A DNA stretch of 64,000 bases, taken from contig OY760937.1 of the NCBI GenBank assembly GCA_963664225.1, positions 3,200,001-3,264,000 of the forward strand, read 5' to 3'. This document shows positions 58,858 to 64,000 of the stretch, piece after piece (the first letter of the stretch is position 1; each line of letters opens with the position of its first letter). The notes below the pieces were generated by a model. That model made no database searches. It saw only the letters and a list, made by a program, of their open reading frames with translations, and was not told the origin of the DNA. Both the position numbers and the translations under genes were made by a program. Source of the DNA: Verrucomicrobiia bacterium. Lineage in GTDB: Bacteria > Verrucomicrobiota > Verrucomicrobiia > Limisphaerales > UBA1319.

Positions 58858-60609
58858 ATGAATACCTGGACAAATCACCTCCGGCTCGAAAATAGATCCC
58901 GCACAACAGGGCGTGCGCGTCTCCTCACGCTGATGGCACTGGCGGTTTGCGCCTGTGGTTTTGTCGCCTCTCTTTACGGCGCTGAATCCCCCGCGCAGGA
59001 CAACGCCGCCGCTGCGGTCGAAGGCGTGAAAACGCAATGGCCGGGCGGTTTCGATCGTTACGACTACGTGATGGATGCGCAGTCTCTGGCCGTCAAGCCG
59101 TTCGGCGACGGCAATGCCAAAGGTCTTGCCCGCTGCGTGGTCGTGGTTCCAAAGAAGGCCATTACCGGCAAGCCATGGTCCTGGCGCGAGTTCTACCCGG
59201 AGCACCCGTCCCAAGCGGAGATGGAACTGCTGGAGCGAGGTTTTCACGTTGTCTATACTACTGCAGCCTCGCCTGAGCAGCACGAGGCGTGGCGCGCGTT
59301 TATAACGAATAAATACGGATTGGCAAAGAAGCCGGTCGTCATGGGCACGAGCCGGGGGGAGCTTAAAGCCGGCACCGCAAAGGTGAACCTGACCCCGGAG
59401 GATACGAAGCAGCCTGTCCATGACAAGGTCTTCGGGCGTGTCCTGGTTCTGGAGGTCAACGGCGAGCGCGTGGCGTTTGTCTCGGTCGATCTGGGCATCT
59501 ACACCAGCCCGCATCTGGTCGCGTCCTGCAAGGAGAAGTATGGCATTTCACAGATGGTTCTCAGTTCCTCCCATACGCATTCGGACCCGGGCGGCAGCTA
59601 TAAGGCCTTTTACGAGGAACAGATCACGCAGGCGGTGGAGGCGGCGGTCAATAACATGTTCCCCGCAAGGATTTCCGCCGGCCACCGGAGTTTTCCCCAA
59701 CTGGGTTTCAATCGTTTGATCGTGCGTGAAGACGGCCACGCCAGGGAATCCTGGTTCTCCGACGATCACTACACCTCCGAAAATCCCGAGCGCATTCCCT
59801 TCGGTCCGGTCGATCCGGAAGTCGGCGTCATCAAAGTCGAGGACCTGTCCGGCCAGCCCCGCGCCATCATCATGAATTACGCATGCCACGCCGATGTGGT
59901 TTGCCAGAACTACGCCATCTCAGCGGACTACCCGGGAGCCGCCGCAAAGTATGTGGAGGAGGCCTTCGGGAACAACCTGAACTGCCTCTTCGTTCAGGGC
60001 GGCGCGGGTAATATCGAATCCTTGATCATCAGCTCGCGCCGTACCGGTCCCGACGATCCGTTCCAAACGGACTACTCAACCATCGATAGAGTGGGCAAGC
60101 TATTGGCTCATGAGACGATTAAGCTGGCGAAGACGTTGAGCCCGAAATCGACAAATGAAACAAATGTCCGGTTCATGAATGACTCGCTCAAGTTTACCGG
60201 CCGTTACGACAAGGATGCGGAATACGATATCCATATCTCCACCCTTGTGATCAATGACGATATCGCCATTGCCACTTTCCCCGGCGAGCCATTCATCCAG
60301 CTCCAGCTCGAATGGAAGAAGAAGATGGAGGGGTTCCATCCATTCCTCTTCGGCTACACATGGTATGAGGGCACATGGCCCAATTATGTGCCGGACATCA
60401 AATCCGCCGCCGCCGGAGGTTATGGAGCCGATATCGACGGCCCCAAAATGATCGAGGTCGGTTCCGGCGAGGCCATCATGAACAAGCATTTCGAGAATGT
60501 GTTCAGGCTCACCGGATTCATGCGCGAGGCCTCGGGACCGTCGGGTTTTGTCCCCGGTGTCCGTTGGAATGTCACGCCGGTTCCACGCGAGACAATCAAT
60601 CCTCAATAA
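58858..60609 (+). CDS. Exported fusion of a partial alpha/beta hydrolase domain and a neutral ceramidase-like domain
   Basis: N-terminal part is homologous to 55919-57487. It continues with LKAGTAKVNLTP, SHTHS, NYACH, ISADYPG, QGGAGN and PGEPF. Confidence 0.8.
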   Translation: MNTWTNHLRLENRSRTTGRARLLTLMALAVCACGFVASLYGAESPAQDNAAAAVEGVKTQWPGGFDRYDYVMDAQSLAVKPFGDGNAKGLARCVVVVPKKAITGKPWSWREFYPEHPSQAEMELLERGFHVVYTTAASPEQHEAWRAFITNKYGLAKKPVVMGTSRGELKAGTAKVNLTPEDTKQPVHDKVFGRVLVLEVNGERVAFVSVDLGIYTSPHLVASCKEKYGISQMVLSSSHTHSDPGGSYKAFYEEQITQAVEAAVNNMFPARISAGHRSFPQLGFNRLIVREDGHARESWFSDDHYTSENPERIPFGPVDPEVGVIKVEDLSGQPRAIIMNYACHADVVCQNYAISADYPGAAAKYVEEAFGNNLNCLFVQGGAGNIESLIISSRRTGPDDPFQTDYSTIDRVGKLLAHETIKLAKTLSPKSTNETNVRFMNDSLKFTGRYDKDAEYDIHISTLVINDDIAIATFPGEPFIQLQLEWKKKMEGFHPFLFGYTWYEGTWPNYVPDIKSAAAGGYGADIDGPKMIEVGSGEAIMNKHFENVFRLTGFMREASGPSGFVPGVRWNVTPVPRETINPQ

Positions 60610-60881
60610 CATTCACTCAAGGCAGGTAATATTATGAAAAGCGATAGTATTCTTCTGGCCGGACTTTTGATGTTCAGCGCCAGAGCAACCGCCGTGACGT
60701 TCGTGGTGGGGCGTGCAGTCCTCTGCGCGCCGCCCATCCAACCCCACGCATCCAACAAATCCACGCGCGCGCAAATGATCCCCCCTCACCATCGCCAGAA
60801 GGGGAATTTCCCCGGGCTCTACTGGCCAACGGATGATTACCCGTGCAAACCCTATCAGGGAGGCGCCATTAGATGACCTTT

Positions 60882-61304
60882 CTATGCGGCATCACATTTG
60901 TCCCCGCCCGGCTTCACGTATTTCGCCAGATAAAGAATCCCCGCTCCGCCGATCAAGCAGGCGGCGGTGTCGGCGTAAAAGGGAAATGGCGGCAGGGACA
61001 ACCTCACACCATGAACCAATAAAATGGCCCCCTCAACCAACATCAGAGCGCCGAACCAGGGAATGGCTGCGTAATATTTCTGAGGTTTCAGCATCAGAAT
61101 AAAATACCAGCAACCCACAAGCGCGAATGCCCCGGAAGCCATGCGGAGCCAATAATCCAGCATCCGGTCATATTCAATCGGCTTTGCACCCAAGCCTTCT
61201 AATGCCTGCGAAGCCGCCGACCAACTCAGGAAGACGCCAAAGATTGACACCCCCCACGCAAAGGCTGAAAAACCAAGAAATAACCTCAGCAATCGAACGT
61301 GCAT
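60882..61304 (-). CDS. Small hypothetical membrane protein (about 4 TM)
   Basis: Four hydrophobic helices in 140 aa. Confidence 0.7.
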   Translation of the reverse strand: MHVRLLRLFLGFSAFAWGVSIFGVFLSWSAASQALEGLGAKPIEYDRMLDYWLRMASGAFALVGCWYFILMLKPQKYYAAIPWFGALMLVEGAILLVHGVRLSLPPFPFYADTAACLIGGAGILYLAKYVKPGGDKCDAA

Positions 61305-61474
61305 AACGTCAGTATTCGGAAGTCCACATTATTCGACTCGGTATGGGTCACGGAGAAAAAATGCCAGACATTTCGGTTGCGTGACAACATAAAAAGCCGG
61401 GATTGCACCAGCCCGAGAATTCGGCGCGCCCATTCGGGTGCAAATCAGTTTTCTTCAGAATACTCAAAAAGGAT

Positions 61475-61574
61475 AAATGCCAGTGGAGTATGGAGGGTTA
61501 ATGCTGTCTTCGGAGTGCCGGTCTCCTGACCGGCTTAACGCGCTCTTGAATCCAACGGTTCCAAACGCGCCGCC
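61475..61574 (+). repeat. Single diverged copy of the 85-bp array unit plus its leader
   Basis: TGTCTTCGGAGTGCCGGTCTCCTGACCGGCTTA, preceded by AAATGCCAGTGGAGTATGGAGGGT, which is similar to 41731-41754. Confidence 0.85.
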
Positions 61575-61669
61575 CTCCGAGCCATCGTCCCCCTGCCAGG
61601 AATGCCCTTCCCGGTTGCCCCCATGATAAGAGGCTTTCCTTATCGGCCCGCAGGCACTAAATATCTGGC

Positions 61670-62851
61670 ATGACGATTTCCGAATTACTGTCGGACGAGG
61701 CGCTGAGGCAGCGTGAATTTCCGGTGACACGCGAGAAAGTCTTTCTGGCGCATGCCGGGGTTTGCCCATTGCCGGCGCGGGTGGCGGGCGCCATCAGCGC
61801 CTACGCCGGCCAATGCACGCTGGGCGATCAGGAGACGCTGGTCCCGGCGTTTCGCATGAACACCACGCGGGAACTGGCCGCGCGGCTGCTTCATGCGAAA
61901 GCCTCGGAAATCGCCTTCGTCGGGCCCACATCGCTGGCGCTGAGCTTCGTGGCCACAGGCCTGCAATTCAAGCGGCACAACAATGTGGTGGTCTATTACG
62001 ACGATTACCCCTCGAACGTTTACCCCTGGATGGCGCTGTTCCATAAGGGCGTGGAAGTGCGTTTCCTCAACATTCGCGAGGTGGGCAAGATTCGTCCCGC
62101 CGATATCATCGGACAGGTGGACGAACAGACCCGCGTGGTGGCCCTGGCCTCGAATCATTTTGTGACGGGATACCGTCCCGACTTGAATGCCATTGGCGCG
62201 GCGCTGCACGACCGGGGAATTCTGTTTTGCGTGGACGGCATCCAGACCCTGGGCGCTTTTCCGACCACGGTGGAGAACATCGATTTTCTGGCGGCGGACG
62301 CCCACAAATGGATGCTGGGGCCTTGCGGCGCGGGCATTCTCTACGTGCGCGAGTCGTTGCAGGACTCGCTGAAACCGCAGGTCCACGGTTGGAATAATGT
62401 CCAATGCCCGGATTTCATTGCGCAACCGGAATTGGCGTATCAGCCGGGCGCCCGGCGCTACGAGGCCGGTTCCACGAACATCCTGGGCCTGGTGGGACTG
62501 CATGCGGCTCTGGAATTAATCGAGGAAATCGGGGTCGATAACATTGCGGCCGAACTTCTGCGCAAACGGGAGTGGCTGGTGCCCGCGATTCTGGAAACCG
62601 GGTTCAAGGTTCTCAACACGAACACCCCGCCGTCGGCCATGAGCGCCATCATCGCCCTTTATAATCCGGATCAGGACATGGCGGCGCTGCATCGCAAACT
62701 CGAGGAGGCCAGGATCATCACCTCGCTGCGTTCGACGCGAAATGGCCACAAGTATGTGCGCCTCTCGCCGCATTACTACAACACGGATGAGGAATTGCAC
62801 CGCCTGATCGCAGCCCTCAAAGAATTCAACGCCCAGCCTCCAAAAACCTGA
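61670..62851 (+). CDS. Class V PLP-dependent aminotransferase (cysteine desulfurase-like fold)
   Basis: FLAHAG, VDGIQ, DAHKWMLGP, YEAGS and RLSPHYYN. Confidence 0.92.
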   Translation: MTISELLSDEALRQREFPVTREKVFLAHAGVCPLPARVAGAISAYAGQCTLGDQETLVPAFRMNTTRELAARLLHAKASEIAFVGPTSLALSFVATGLQFKRHNNVVVYYDDYPSNVYPWMALFHKGVEVRFLNIREVGKIRPADIIGQVDEQTRVVALASNHFVTGYRPDLNAIGAALHDRGILFCVDGIQTLGAFPTTVENIDFLAADAHKWMLGPCGAGILYVRESLQDSLKPQVHGWNNVQCPDFIAQPELAYQPGARRYEAGSTNILGLVGLHAALELIEEIGVDNIAAELLRKREWLVPAILETGFKVLNTNTPPSAMSAIIALYNPDQDMAALHRKLEEARIITSLRSTRNGHKYVRLSPHYYNTDEELHRLIAALKEFNAQPPKT

Positions 62852-62860
62852 TCACGCCAC

Positions 62861-63931
62861 ATGCGCGTTGTCCTCGAAAATGTGAGCCACGCCCTCGGCG
62901 CCACTCCGGTGCTCGACGGGGTTTCGTTTGCGATCGAGGATCACGAATTGTTTTTTCTCCTGGGCCCATCGGGTTGCGGCAAGACCACCCTGCTCCGACT
63001 GGTGGCCGGATTTTATCAGCCTGACAAGGGCCGCATTCTTTTTGGCGACCGCGAGATGAACGGTGTTCCCCCGCACCATCGCAACACGGGAATGGTGTTC
63101 CAAAACTACGCGCTGTGGCCGCATTTGACCGTGGCCCAAAACGTGGCCTACGGGCTGGAGGTCCGCGGCATGAGCGCCGCGCAAAAACAGGAGCGCGTGG
63201 CCGATGCGCTGGGCATTGTGCAGATGGAGGCCTATGCGGAGCGCTCGCCCAACCAGCTCTCCGGTGGCCAGCAGCAAAGGGTGGCCCTGGCGCGGGCGCT
63301 GGTGGTTCAGCCGGATGTGCTCCTGCTGGACGAACCGCTCTCGAACCTCGACGCCAAGCTGCGCCTGGAGATGCGCGAGGAAATCCGGCGCATTCACGCC
63401 CGCACCCGCATCACCACGCTCTATGTGACGCACGACCAGAAGGAAGCCCTCTCGATGGCCGGGCGCATGGCGGTGATGCGCGCCGGACGCATCGAACAAA
63501 TCGGCCCGCCGCGCCAGCTCTACCGTTCGCCTGCGAACCGGTTCGTGGCGGATTTCATGGGGGAAACCAATTGGCTGTCCGGCACCGTGACCCAGGCGGA
63601 CGCAAATGGTTTGTCCATACAAACGGGGGCCGGGATATGGAGGGCATCCGCACGGGATGGCATTCAAAAGGGCCAGAAGGTATGGATGGGATTTCGCCCG
63701 GAAGCAGCCCGTCTGGTTGAACCGGGGAATGGCAGCGCGAGTGCCGTCATTGAGGAAACCACGTTTCTGGGCGAGATCGATCAATACCAATTAACCCTTG
63801 CTCCAGACACGCGGATCAAGGTCTTTGAGCAAAACGCCCCCGAGGGCCGCCAGCCGGGCGCCACGGTTTGTGTCCATGTCGCCCCCGAGCATCTCATGAT
63901 CTTCGCGGCGGAAGAACAATGTAAGGTTTGA
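62861..63931 (+). CDS. ABC transporter ATP-binding subunit (Fe3+/polyamine type) with TOBE domain
   Basis: GPSGCGKT, LSGGQQQR, LLLDEP and VTHDQ. Confidence 0.95.
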   Translation: MRVVLENVSHALGATPVLDGVSFAIEDHELFFLLGPSGCGKTTLLRLVAGFYQPDKGRILFGDREMNGVPPHHRNTGMVFQNYALWPHLTVAQNVAYGLEVRGMSAAQKQERVADALGIVQMEAYAERSPNQLSGGQQQRVALARALVVQPDVLLLDEPLSNLDAKLRLEMREEIRRIHARTRITTLYVTHDQKEALSMAGRMAVMRAGRIEQIGPPRQLYRSPANRFVADFMGETNWLSGTVTQADANGLSIQTGAGIWRASARDGIQKGQKVWMGFRPEAARLVEPGNGSASAVIEETTFLGEIDQYQLTLAPDTRIKVFEQNAPEGRQPGATVCVHVAPEHLMIFAAEEQCKV

Positions 63932-64000
63932 TGACCACATCGAAACAACAAACCCGGAGGGTTTGGAGAAATTAGCCGGTGGTTGAGCGAAGCGACACCA

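Overview
A GC-rich bacterial chromosomal window. Gene content, A/C-rich leaders lacking Shine-Dalgarno sites and the repeat families suggest Verrucomicrobiota (inference). Housekeeping genes: yebC, mfd, purH, an aspartate aminotransferase, tsaD, a ctpA-like protease, a class V aminotransferase and an ABC ATPase. Accessory content: a truncated MmeI-like type IIL restriction-modification gene; an IS200-type HUH transposase bracketed by ~100-bp palindromic repeats; a fabF-kinase-kinase operon; an rtcB2 coupled to a short GGQ release factor; two clusters of exported carbohydrate enzymes; intact IS1380 and IS256 elements; duplicated secretin-N0-like proteins; a vapBC pair; a PAS/SpoIIE module; and a 10 x 85-bp tandem hairpin array. 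The most striking unannotated signal is at 3518-4010. It holds three tandem putative sibling small RNAs, each with an ECF-sigma-like promoter, a 5' hairpin that varies in sequence, a conserved single-stranded core (GGTTAACGGAAC-r-GGTTGTT) and its own intrinsic terminator. No CRISPR array, tRNA or rRNA was recognised.
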